The notes below the pieces were generated by a model, which made no database searches, was not told where the DNA came from, and saw only the letters and a program-made list of their open reading frames with translations. This document shows positions 1 to 11,099 of a stretch of 64,000 nt of DNA, in pieces. The stretch is taken from NCBI GenBank assembly GCA_010909165.1, contig MU008165.1:434001-498000 (forward strand). Reading direction: 5' to 3'. This stretch comes from Anthoceros angustus (lineage: Eukaryota > Plantae > Anthocerotophyta). Positions within the stretch are counted from its first letter, which is position 1. Every line of letters begins with the position of its first letter. The translations under genes and the position numbers were made by a program.

Positions 1-2697
1 GGCAGGAAACAAGCTGAGAGACAACTTGAATCATTTCAGACAAGGCACCAGACATGCAGAGAAGCTCTGCTTGGCATAAAGAGTAGTACAGGTTTGTGGG
101 TAGAGTTTGTACACTACATTTTGTGCAACATCAATGATCTAGGTTGAGGTTGTTTTCACAGCCACTTACTCTTGCTCTAAACAGATGCCAGAGAAATGCG
201 GCAAGTATGCCCCAGCCTGGCTGAAACAATGTGGACAGTAGACAGAGGTGGTGGTTTGAGGACTACAGAAGACCTTAGTCCTGGAAGCTTGATTGTGACG
301 GAAGACCCTTATGCTGCTGTAAGTCTCTAGGCTTTCCAGGGAACGAATTGTCGAGCAAGCCAATGCAGGGTTTATCTAATCCACTTAACATCATCTGCAG
401 GTGCTGCTGAAATTGCATCGGGACACTTATTGTCACTTCTGCTTTCAAAAGTTGCCAGTAGGTGAAGTGGCATGTGACGGCTGCACTGTCAGTGTGTACT
501 GTTCTGAAACATGCCGTGACAGTGCAGCTGGAAGCTCTTGGACAGCTGAAGATATAGAACGTGCTACCAATAGCAATTGGACTGCCAGGATCCAACGGGA
601 TTCTTGCCATTCAAGTGGCCCTTGTAGTAATGACGAGCCCTTCTCAGAACAGACTGCTCACAGGGTTGAAGTTGCAATCAAGAAAGCACTTCATGGTCAA
701 CACAGACATGAATGTGGAGGTGCAAGCTGGTCTGCAGTGCTGCCGATTGAAGCTGTATTGGCTGCCAGAGTTTATATGAGGTCACAGCATTCAGACTTCG
801 TTCAGTCTAGGGATGGGCAGAGTGTAACAAGTAGGAATGACCTGGAGTACGGCAAAGCAGCATATGCCAGAGGTGTCTCATATTCAGCTAACTCAACGTG
901 TCCCTGGATATTGGTTTCTTGTTGCAGATAGGTGTATTCCCATTTCAGCCCCCTTCTTGCTGTGCTGCAGCTTTGACATCGATGTGACATAAAAGTGTTG
1001 TGTTGTTGATGTCTGCAGCCAAGAAACTTGTGCCATCACTTCGATAAAGTGCCCTCTTCAGAGAAATTGGAGATGCATGTACTATCTACAGTTCTTGCTC
1101 ATTGTTTGCAGCACTGCCCATTGTCTTGCATGATCACAGGCACCACAGCAGATCTATCCGTTGAAGTAAGTGGTAACAACTAAGCAAAGTGTGGATTTGG
1201 GGATGTTTTGGTCATCTGTGCTCACGCTAAAAATCTTGGTACTTACGTAGAGCTAAAATTGTTTTTAGCTTATCTTGATAATGGCTCAACTGCGAGCCAA
1301 CTCGATAGCTATCAATGAAGTCACATCAGTCACCAGCGATGTGGGTGCAGCCGGGAGTGCTGTATGCACTGTTGACCAGGTAACCGCTCCCACCTCATCT
1401 TCAAGAACTTGTTGTTTACTATCCGAGTGTCTTATATGTCTGTGTTTCATGCAGAATAATATTGCTCAGGCAGTTTATATCAACGGGAGCATGCTGAACC
1501 ATTCCTGTGATCCCAATTGTCATGCCTCCTTCACTTCGTGCCGTCTCTTCATCCACGCTACCAAGAGCATCCCAGCGTTTACTGAGCTGGAGATCTGTTA
1601 TGGGGCACAGGTGTGGAGCAATGCCTGAATCCTTGATATGTCACATACATGTATGGTATGCCAGATAGATGGGATCCTAATGCAGTGGGTGGTTTGGCAG
1701 GTGGGTGAAATGGCTAGATCAAAAAGACAGAAGTGGCTGAAGGAACGCTACTCCTTCACTTGTACTTGCATAGCTTGCTCTACCTCAAGTTTTTCCGACA
1801 CAGTCATCAATGCTCTGCTCTGCCCCAAGCCTGGGTGCTCTGGTGTAGTTATTGGTCCTGATGTTGATGACATGGGTTTGGAATTGAACCATAAGCCATT
1901 TCGATGCCTCAGCTGTACGTTAGTGGTCGACCGAAATAGGATTCACGGTCTGGCAAGGGAACACTTTCAAGTGTTTCTCAGGTTTTCATTCTCCCTTACC
2001 CACTGTAGTTTCTTCTCTCTCTGGTAACTAATACATCATGTACTGGCATCACTTCCCTGTGAGCAGATTGGAGAAACTACTGGATACGGATTTTGAGCAA
2101 GCAGAATTTGCAGCTCATGAGCGAAGTGCCTTAGAATCTTTAAAACAGCTGCAGATCCTTGTGCATCCTTGCAACAAACAACTTGCAAAGGTGAGTTCAT
2201 TGTGGCTGTCCATTTCCTTCAAGTTTCTCCCTTCGCACTTGAGTAGATTTCATGCAAATTTCTGATGATGCCAACCTGCGTTTTCTCCAGGCACACGACA
2301 TTTTAGCAAAATCCTACTGTGTAATGGACAATCCTAGGGCTGCCGTGGCTCATTGTCTAGCTTCCATCAAGGTATAAGTTGTCCAAATCGAAAAGGCTAC
2401 TTTTTATATCCATTCCACGAGATTTTACTAGTGATAGGCTAAATCAAAGTTAAAGTTCAGGATTGATGCGTTTTGAACTATTTGCAGATTTTGGAGCTCC
2501 TTTACAATGGCGCACATATAACTCTTGCGAGCGAGCGACTCAAGCTTGTTTCAATTGCATTGGCAATTACAGATACAAAATGTGCTAAAGAGAGCTTAGC
2601 TATTGTGAAAGAAATTTTGTATGCTCATTACGGGTCCGGATATGCCGATCACTTTTCTATTGTTGTTAAGTTGCAGGGTTTGATGGATCAAAACTAA
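1..2697 (+). CDS. SET and MYND domain protein (SMYD4-like), multi-exon, 5' end outside window
   Basis: Exons read DRGGGLRTTEDLSPGSLIVTEDPYAA (pre-SET, ends at gtaagt ~319), YCHFCFQKLP..ACDGC..SVYCSETC (MYND finger, from 401), GSMLNHSCDPNC..ELEICYG (SET), RYSFTCTCIACS (post-SET), then a helical C-terminus ending TAA 2697; GT-AG introns of ~80-130 nt. Confidence 0.85.
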
Positions 2698-4003
2698 AGT
2701 AATATTTTATATCATAGTTAAAGAATAACAGTCTAATATGATCAATATTTCAAATAAAAGTGGGAAGGTCGTGCCCTTCATCTTTCTCCTCTAAGAAAGC
2801 TTCACCTCTAAGAAAGCTTCAACTCCGCCACGGACTTTTCATGCTTTCAACTAGGGTGCTTGGCTTTGGGATGGAGAGGGTGGTGACATTTTTCAGCATA
2901 TTACTTGTGTTTGTCATTGTCTTTGCCACAAGGCATAGAATGATGGCAGTTCTTGTTGCTTATCTTAATAAATCAAGAGTAGATTCTTAACAACATGTGT
3001 TTGTACCTTATGATATTGATTCACATAAGTGGGAAAATTGTACCTAGAAGGTGTTTCCAAACTAAAAATGAAAGACGAACTAAAAATGAAAGACGGTCTG
3101 GTAACGAAATGTCTCGCGCTCCTCATGATGCGCAGTGAGGAACACTGCGGTCTCCCGCTTTATATGCCAAATTCCTGGAACAACCAAGAAAAGGCGATCT
3201 CCCGCTTTATATGCCAAATTCATGGAACAACTAAGAAAGGCAGTAAAACGACGAGTGTGTACATCTTAGAAGTGTAATGCCATGTGACACTAATATCTGT
3301 ACTTGGGTTAGTATTTTATTAGCATTAATTAATCTAATTATTTATATTTAAGTAAGTAATTAATATTAATTAATCTAGAATAGTATGTTAATTAAGAGTT
3401 TATTAGTGTTAATTAAAATGGTTAACAATATCCAAGTGGATAAGCACAAGTAATATGCTTTAGCATATTCCTTGCATATTATAGTGTATTAATACTTAGG
3501 ATATTTCTGGCATATGCTGATGCCAATAGGATATTTTAGGAATATGCCGATGCCAAGGGCTAGTATACATAGACCTTTTCACAGAGGACAAGCTTAATCA
3601 TAGCTTATCTTCTAGATATGCAATGCAAGGGTATTGCGAGGAGGTCCTCTAGATATGCAATGCAAGAGTGTTGTGAGGAGGCCAAAGCTATAACTGCGAG
3701 AGCGATGTGTAAGGAATTTGCGTGCTGTTCTCATGGGGAGAGTGTGTTTGTGCCACGATGTGCGAACTACTCCCCCCTATTGTTATTGGTTTGCACCTAC
3801 ATCTGCGTATTAGATTTGTTTTGCTTGGTTGTCTGTTGAGGAAGTGCTCATGTGAATGCAAGTGCTTACCTCATGCGACAGCAGTCTGTGGACTTGTGCC
3901 TATTGGAGACGAAGAGATATCTCTTCTGAATGAGGTACGTTCTCCTAACTATCTTGTTGAGTAACCTTTTTCCTAACTGGAGATATATGAAAGGATTCTA
4001 ATA

Positions 4004-4331
4004 CTCCCACTTAGGCGCAACATATTAGATTGAGGGACAGGCTAGTCTTGAATTGGATAAACTCCAAGAAGGGTAACAAATGTGCTTATCCCTCGGCAAG
4101 CTCTTGGTTAGGACATAAGCTGCAATTTGTTCAGTTGAGCAACATTCAAGCTTGATCTCTCCGGCGACACATTTTTCATGAACATAGAGATAATGCAAGT
4201 CAATGTGCTTCGATCTTGAGCTAAACTGTGGATTCCCTGCAAGTGCAAGGGCAGATTGGTTATCAATCTTGATTATCAAGGGCTTAAGCTGTGTCGTATC
4301 GAGCTCCTCAAGGAGTCGAACACATTCAATA
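4004..4331 (-). mobile_element. Ty1/copia retrotransposon, 3' fragment (RNase H C-half and polypurine tract)
   Basis: Minus frame IECVRLLEELDTTQLKPLIIKIDNQSALALAGNPQFSSRSKHIDLHYLYVHE..VLTKSLP matches copia RNase H; purine tract AAGTGGGAG (rc of 4004-4012) follows it. The LTR presumably extends leftward, but its boundary was not resolved. Confidence 0.85.
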
Positions 4332-4346
4332 CACTACTAGAAACAG
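4332..4346 (+). repeat. CACTA left TIR
   Basis: CACTACTAGAAACAG, preceded by TSD ATA; subterminal TGTTTGTTA..GC..GCAG also resembles the reverse complement of the right end. Confidence 0.95.
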
Positions 4347-5287
4347 CGTTGTTTGTTATGCTGCAGTATTACGGAATATTGCCTTCTTGTTACGTAAACG
4401 ATGACTTTGTTACACAAGGCATGTGTGCGGACCTAGGCGTAATAAACCTCGTAACACGAGTGACAACCAAATCTTATAGCGGTTATGAGGTGCGGGGTAA
4501 GGCCGGTGTGCAGCTCGGTAACCGGGTTTGTCAGGGTTTCTAACCCGAGTGCTGACAATGTCGGTCAGTGGTGAGGACGTGTGCTGCCCTCATGTTCGCA
4601 CGTGCGCTGCGTTTTGGGACTGCGAGTGGTGGAGGAGTATTTTATTTTGAATTCTAAAGGTTTCCGGGGTTTCTACTGCTGGTTTTGATGCCCCTCTCCC
4701 GACATGTGTGAACCTGCCATGTGGCATGTACAATGTCCGCTTGGCCACATTGTATTCTCGCATGATTTACTGAATTTATACCGCGCATTTTATAGATGGC
4801 TCTAAACAGGAATACATATAAATTCACAAAACTTCGCATGTACTATACGGTATCACAGACGTATCGCTACGGAAGTTTGCAGCGGGGGTTCACCCGGCGA
4901 CACGGACCTTCTGGAGGTATGTGCATCCAAGCACTAATCATAATCAGCTGCTGGGTATCTCACGCCTGTATCGCTCATGACGCTTTTTCGCCCTTTCGCT
5001 CTTTTCGCTTTCGGTCCTCGAGGGTTTGTAGCTGCCCGCCTTTTTCCTGCCGATGCAGCGCGCTCTTCGGTGAATGCCATCGCCTCATGCACATCGTGCT
5101 CTGGTTGTGCCTGCGTGAGAAAGAATCCACATCAACCCCACAACGCACATGACATGCATGTGGACATATAAATTTGGTCATGGCAGCTCACCTTGACCCT
5201 TCGCTTTGTCTTTCCCTTGGCACTTGCGGCACTTTGAGTCACTGCGGCTCGTGCCCTCGTTACTCTGCCCTCCAATGTGGCGGTACT

Positions 5288-6587
5288 TTATGCCGTCCCT
5301 TGTTCTTGAAACTTTCCGTCTGTGATTCGGATTTCGACATCGTCCGTGTCAAATTCTGATTGGCCTCCTCCTAGTGACTCTGATGTTGTGCCATCTGCCA
5401 CCGTATGTTGTTTTCCATGTCCTTTCACCCTCGCCGCTTCCTCCTCCTCTGTTGCGTCCCCATCCTCATTGTCTTTGTCTCCCGCATTAACTTCACGGCG
5501 TGTTTCCTCTTCCTGTTCCGAATCACCTTCGTGATCCCCTTCTTCTTCATCCGCTGTTTTCCCCTTCGCACCATCCACTGACGGGGCGTCGTCGCCCATA
5601 CTGCTACCTTCCGAATCCAGATCAATTATTGCAGATTTTCGTGAATGCTTTGACCCATTTCTCTTCGTGGCGTCTCGCTTGGCCGATGCATACCCTCGTG
5701 GATTTCAAAACTCGCACGGACTCCGCTCCGCACATCCCATAGTTCCTGCATTTTTGTTAGTGGGCGGAGTGATCCAAAATCACACTCCTCGTCAGTTGGC
5801 TCCCTCCCATACTTCTCTTGGAACTTAAAAACCCATCCAGCTCGTCCGCATTGGCCCCATGGATTGGGCCCTTCTCCATTTGATTTCTCCAGTCGAGTCT
5901 TAGCTGCAAGTGATGCCTTGGATGGCAAAAAATTTCCATGCTGCCTGAGTTCAACCCGTGCCCATGTGAGAATCTCCGCCATACCCTTTCATCGGCTAGT
6001 GGAGGCTGAAAATCTGTCAATTTTTGCCTACCCTCTTCTCCTCCAGCTTTGGGCGCCTCGACATACCTTGTTCCTTGTTCGAGTGTATTGGTGAACTCGT
6101 GAAATCATCCCTTTGCGAGAAGATCCGGGCGGCAGCCATACATGCACATTTTCTTCCTCCGAGACAACGGCAAGTCGCTCCACTTTCACGGAATTTCGTT
6201 TGCGCTCTGCTGCGTATTACTTCCATGAACTTCTTATGCCTCGGGACGGTCAAGCCCCGAAGGTCAATGTAGATGGAGGCTTTGGCTTCCCGTGTGCTCC
6301 ATATCTTCGCAACTTCTGAGTGCCATTGCTCTTGAATCCACCCTACTCCCGTGTTTTCAGCAAAGCTCGGACCGATTCGGTGTTGTCTATTCCACCTGGC
6401 TTCCGCCCATCTTTGCGAAACATTGTGGGGAGGAAGCACACCGCCTCCTGCGACAAAGTTCCCCGCCATACCTCGTGCAATCGGCCAAGCGAGCAACACG
6501 ATGGCCACCGAGATTCCCTTCCGCTTCATAAGCTTCTTGGGAATCCGGAACTTCATCAGGTGGGATGAAATCCTCCCCATATGCCAC
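5288..6587 (-). pseudogene. CACTA accessory ORF, probably TnpA-like (Ptta/En-Spm type), copy 1, frameshifted
   Basis: Same strand as and downstream of TnpD, the usual TnpA position; the segment GPNPWGQCGRAGWVFKFQEKYGREPTDEEC loosely resembles TnpA-family G..G....G.EP..E; acidic C-tail. The TnpA identity is inferred. Confidence 0.5.
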
Positions 6588-7289
6588 AGTTACTTACGGT
6601 GATGCGGCGGATCCCTGCATTTCCATTTCTCCCCAAACTCCGGCCGTCGAAATCAAAGCGCTACCATGCACGGCCATACGGCGGCGGATATGTCGATTCG
6701 AAAACAAGTAGGAGGGCATGTGGGCGCGCATGTACAATGTCCACTTAGCCACATTATATTCTCGCATGATTCTTGAATTTATACGCGCATTTTATAGGTG
6801 GCTCTAAGCGAATACATATAAATTCACAAAACTTGCATGTACTATACGGTATCGGGCGTATATCGCTCACGGAAGTTTACGGATGTATGTGCATCAAGCA
6901 CTAATCATAATCAGCTCTTTGGGTATCTCACGCTGTATCGCTCATGGCTTTTTCGCCCTTTCGCTCTTTTCGCTTTGGTCCTCGAGGGTTTGTAGCGCCG
7001 CCTTTTCACGCCGATGCGCGCTCTTGATGAATGCCATCGCCTCATGCACATCGTGCTCTGTTTGTCTGCATGAGAAAGAATCCACATCAACCCCTAGCAC
7101 ATGACATGCATGTGGACATATAAATTTGGTCATGGCGGCTCACCTTGACCCTTTGTCTTTCCCTTGGCACTTGCGGCACTTTGAGTCCTGCTGCAGCTCG
7201 TGCCCTCGTTACTCTGCCCTCCAATGTGGCAGTGTACTTTATGCGTCCCTTGTTCTTGAAACTTTCCGTCTGTGATTTTCGACATCGTC

Positions 7290-8544
7290 GTGTCAAACTC
7301 GATTGGCCTCCTCCTAGTGACTACGATGTTGTGCCATCCGCCACCGTATGTTGTTTTCCATGTCCTTTCACCCTCTTCCTCCTCCTCTGTTGCGTCCCCA
7401 TCCTCGTTGTCTTTGCCTCCGCATTAACTTCACGGCTGTTTCCTCTTCTGTTCGAATCACCTTCGTGATCCCTTCTTCTTCATCCATTGTTTTCCCCTTC
7501 GCACCATCCACTGACGGGGCGTCGTCGCCGATACTGCTACCTTCCGAATCCAGATCAATTATTGCAGATTTTCGTGAATGCTTTGACCCATTTCTCTTCG
7601 TGGCGTCTCGCTTGGCCCTGATGCATACCCTCAGGGATTTCAAAAACTCGGGCACGGACTCCCCGCGCTCCCGCACATCCCATAGTTCCTTTTTGTTAGT
7701 GGGCGGAGTGATCCAAAATCACACTCCTCGTCAGTTGGCTCCCTCCCATACTTCTCTTGGAACTTAAAAACCCATCCAGCTCGTCCGCACTGGCCCCATG
7801 GATTGGGCCCTTCTCCATTTGATTTCTCGAGTCGAGTCTTAGCAAGTGATGCCTTGGATGGCAAAAATTTCCATCTTTGCTGAGTTCAACCCGTGCCCAT
7901 GTGAGAATCTCCGCCATACCCTTTCATCGCTAGTGGAGGCTGAAAATCTGTCAATTTTTGCCTACCCTCTTCTCCTCCAGGCCTTGAGCTTTGGGCGCCT
8001 CGACATACCTTGTTCCTTGTTCGAGTGTATTGGTGAACTACGGAAATCATCCCTTTGAGAAGATCCGGGCATACATGCACATTTTCTTCCTCCGAGACAA
8101 CGGCAAGTCGCTCCACTTTCCTGGAATTTCGTTTGCCGCTCTGCTGCGTATTACTTCCATGAACTTCTTATGCCTCGGGACAGTCAAGCCCCCGAAGGTC
8201 AATGTAGATGGAGGCTTTGGCTTCCCTGTGTGCTCCATATCTTTCGCAACTACACTGAGTGCCAGCAGTTGCTCTTGAATCCACTCTACTCCCCGTGTTT
8301 TCAGCAAAGCTCGGACCAGTTCGGTGTTGTCTATTCCACCCACAACTACTTCTAGCCCATCTTTGCAGAAACATTGTGGGGGAGGAAGCACACCGCCTCC
8401 TGCGACAAAGTTCCCTGCCCATACCTCGTGCAATGCAGCAGCCAAGCGAGCAACACGATGGCCACCGAGATTCCCTTCCGCTTCATAAGCTTCTTGGGAA
8501 TCCGGAACTTCATCAGGTGGAATGAAATCCTCCCCATATGCCAC
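7290..8544 (-). pseudogene. CACTA accessory ORF, probably TnpA-like, copy 2, frameshifted
   Basis: Duplicate of 5288-6587; longest open piece 8047-8544 (YGEDFIPPDEVPDSQEAYEAEGNLGG..GLTVPRHKKFMEVIRSR). The 3' end is approximate. Confidence 0.5.
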
Positions 8545-9850
8545 AGTTTTGCACTTACGGTGATGCGGCGGATCCCTGCATTTCCATTTCTCCCCAAACT
8601 CCGGCCGTCGAAATCAAAGCGCTACCATGCACGGCCATACGGCGGCGGATATGTCGATTCGAAAACAAGTAGGAGGGCATGTGGGCGCGCATGTACATGG
8701 TCATACTAGGCAATTGCATCGGCCAAGCGGTTGCTCACTTTCAATCGGGAATTCAAAGATAGCCTACAAAGGAGTGCACTATGCATCACACTATAGCTAC
8801 AACCATCCACCACAACGATATGAACATGTTATGGGTCAGTCATCGACCGCTGTCACCAACCATACATCACAGCAGGGACCATCGAATTACGCTGGCTAAT
8901 CCTGCAGTGTCCAAGCAAGGTCGTAAGTTTGGGACGCAAGCTCACGCCCTGGGGATGCACGTCCATAACCTCGCCACACTTCCACCGGATTGCAGGCAAG
9001 CAGGTATTTCAATCCTTCAAGCCCGATCGATTGCGAATACCGATGTTCGAGGCGAAGCGTATCGGAGAACTCGAAGCTATGGGCGGTAAGTGCACACCTC
9101 GGAAGGGTGTGGGTGCGAGCACGGGCCTTCTCCTCCCATCCCGCACAACAACGAGGTCGATTCTTCGTCTTCACGATCAACCACGCTTGCATGGAAAAAC
9201 CTATACATTTTCTTGCGGACGGTGGTTGTTCTATCGCAAAGTAGAAAACAACGAGTCTAACCGTGTCCGGGATAGCGACAACGGCATGCGCGCCTTCGAT
9301 TGGATGTTGTTGGCACGCTAGCGATGGGGAAGAAATGTCACGTGGTGTATGCTTCTTCACATCACGGTCACGAGCCATACCGGCAAAAGTCAATATCAGA
9401 TGCGCGGAATGCTATATTGAACCTACACACTCTCCCTTGCCACGGATTGCTGCTTAATTCAAATTGTGGGGCACTGCGCCGTCTTGCGGACGAATGACCA
9501 CTGTTCCCTCGATGTCGCCCGCACCATGTGAAATGACCAGCAGCAATGAAACGTGCTCCATGGTATGCCGCCTCGAAATGGCTGCCAATATCTGCCGGAT
9601 CTTATCTCTCCCTCTTCCGCCGTGTGGCGATCGTGTTCTTATGGCTGGATTTTATTGCAGACACCGGTATGCATGCAAACCGGTGGAGGTCGATCTCTTG
9701 CCACCTTGAGTGCTTGTTACACTGGCATGCACTTGCCACCTTGAGTGCTTGTTACACTGAAGTTGCGGCGTATCCGCCTCATTGAGCAGCCAAATCCTTT
9801 AACCTAAAAACCTTTATGGGCACTTATAGGTATTAGAAAATGCCATAATC

Positions 9851-10030
9851 CAGGACAATGGCCATTATCCAAGGACAATGGCCATTTTCCTTGGCTAATG
9901 TCCATCATCCTGGGACAATGGCCATTGTCCCTGGATGATGGACATTAGCCAAGGAAAATGGCCATTGTCCAAGGACAATGGCCATTAGCCAAGGACAATG
10001 GCCATTAGCCAAGGAAAATGGCCATTATCC
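9851..10030. repeat. 20-bp-period array (AAGGACAATGGCCATTAKCC-like) containing a 98-bp palindrome
   Basis: About nine 20-nt units; 9873-9970 is self-complementary about 9921/9922 with a single mismatched pair. Confidence 0.9.
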
Positions 10031-11099
10031 GTGCTTCATTAAATACCAGCGCAACCTCATCGTGTCCTCAAGTGGCATGACAGTCGTTGGCGGCCTGCCG
10101 CCGACCACCGCTGACGCCGCGTGGACGCGCTGTTCATAACCTCTGCAGTGACAGAGCACGCTTGTCCAGGCGCGTGCCGCCGATTGTGACGTGAACCTGC
10201 ATTGTCATGATGCTCATCTCCTACTTCATGCTACCCATCCTTCCGCCACCTGCTTTCAGTCGAGCTTCTGCCGTGTTTCGGTGCTACCTGTGCCTGCGCG
10301 TTAGCACCTTCCCCTGCACCCTTCAATGTCGGCATGCTGGAATGTTTCCTCGTTTGTGCACACGGCCTCCCTCACCTACCGTCCTTGTTGCCCATTTAAT
10401 TGTGGATGGTGGCTTTGCAGGCATTGGCGGAAGTGGACTTGGCAATGGCTGGAGAGCCGTTGGAGGCGGAGACCGTAGCCGTTTCTCGCCCACATGGAGG
10501 GGATCATCCGTCAGACATGGGTTGATGCCTGGACATATCGACAGCTTCCCTCAATCGAGCCTGTGGAACGCGAAGAAGGTGCTCGGCGTTGGGTTGCTGC
10601 TCTCCAGACATCGAGTGATGTCTTAGATGCTCGCAGACGTCTGCTCGAAATTGGGAGGTGTTTGCTGGAGATCACGGAGTGGATGGATATGTTGCCGGAT
10701 TTGGATATTCGGGATTGGTTTTATCTGAGGCGCGGACTTGGTGGGTCTGTATTCAGAGGCAGTGCGGGCTGCCTTAAATGTCGTATTGCACGTTATTAAC
10801 ACCGTCCAGTTGTTTTGGAGTGAAAACTGTACATCCTCCATTATGGAAGGGGGCGAGAGAAGTAGGATGTGAGTTGAGCTGGTTGACACGGTTCGTTCCA
10901 GAGACACCCTTATGTTTTGATGCCACAAAGGCCCTTGCCTATGCCGCAAAGCAAATTGATTTCAATGCTGAACGCCCGCCGTCTGTTCTCTCAGTTTCAA
11001 TCCCCGTCTATAACCCTAGTTTCATTGTGCATGCTGTCCTGGCCAGTCGCGACGAATCCCATGTATCAAGCAGTCGGATGAAAGCGTCAACCTTGTAAA

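Larger units (their letters stand above)
4724..8697. repeat. Direct tandem duplication of a ~2.0-kb unit inside the CACTA (4724-6727 and 6728-8688)
   Basis: The two blocks are collinear; GCATGTACA occurs at 4724, 6728 and 8689, marking the unit boundaries; the copies differ by many small indels. Confidence 0.9.

Noticed and set aside
3000-4003. Possible copia 3' LTR
   Set aside because: It follows the PPT, but I could not find a matching 5' LTR near 21 kb or a clear terminus, so it is not delimited.
8896-9393. ULP1 protease as the third CACTA ORF
   Set aside because: Only a vague H..V....YF resemblance; no convincing H-D-Q-C catalytic set.
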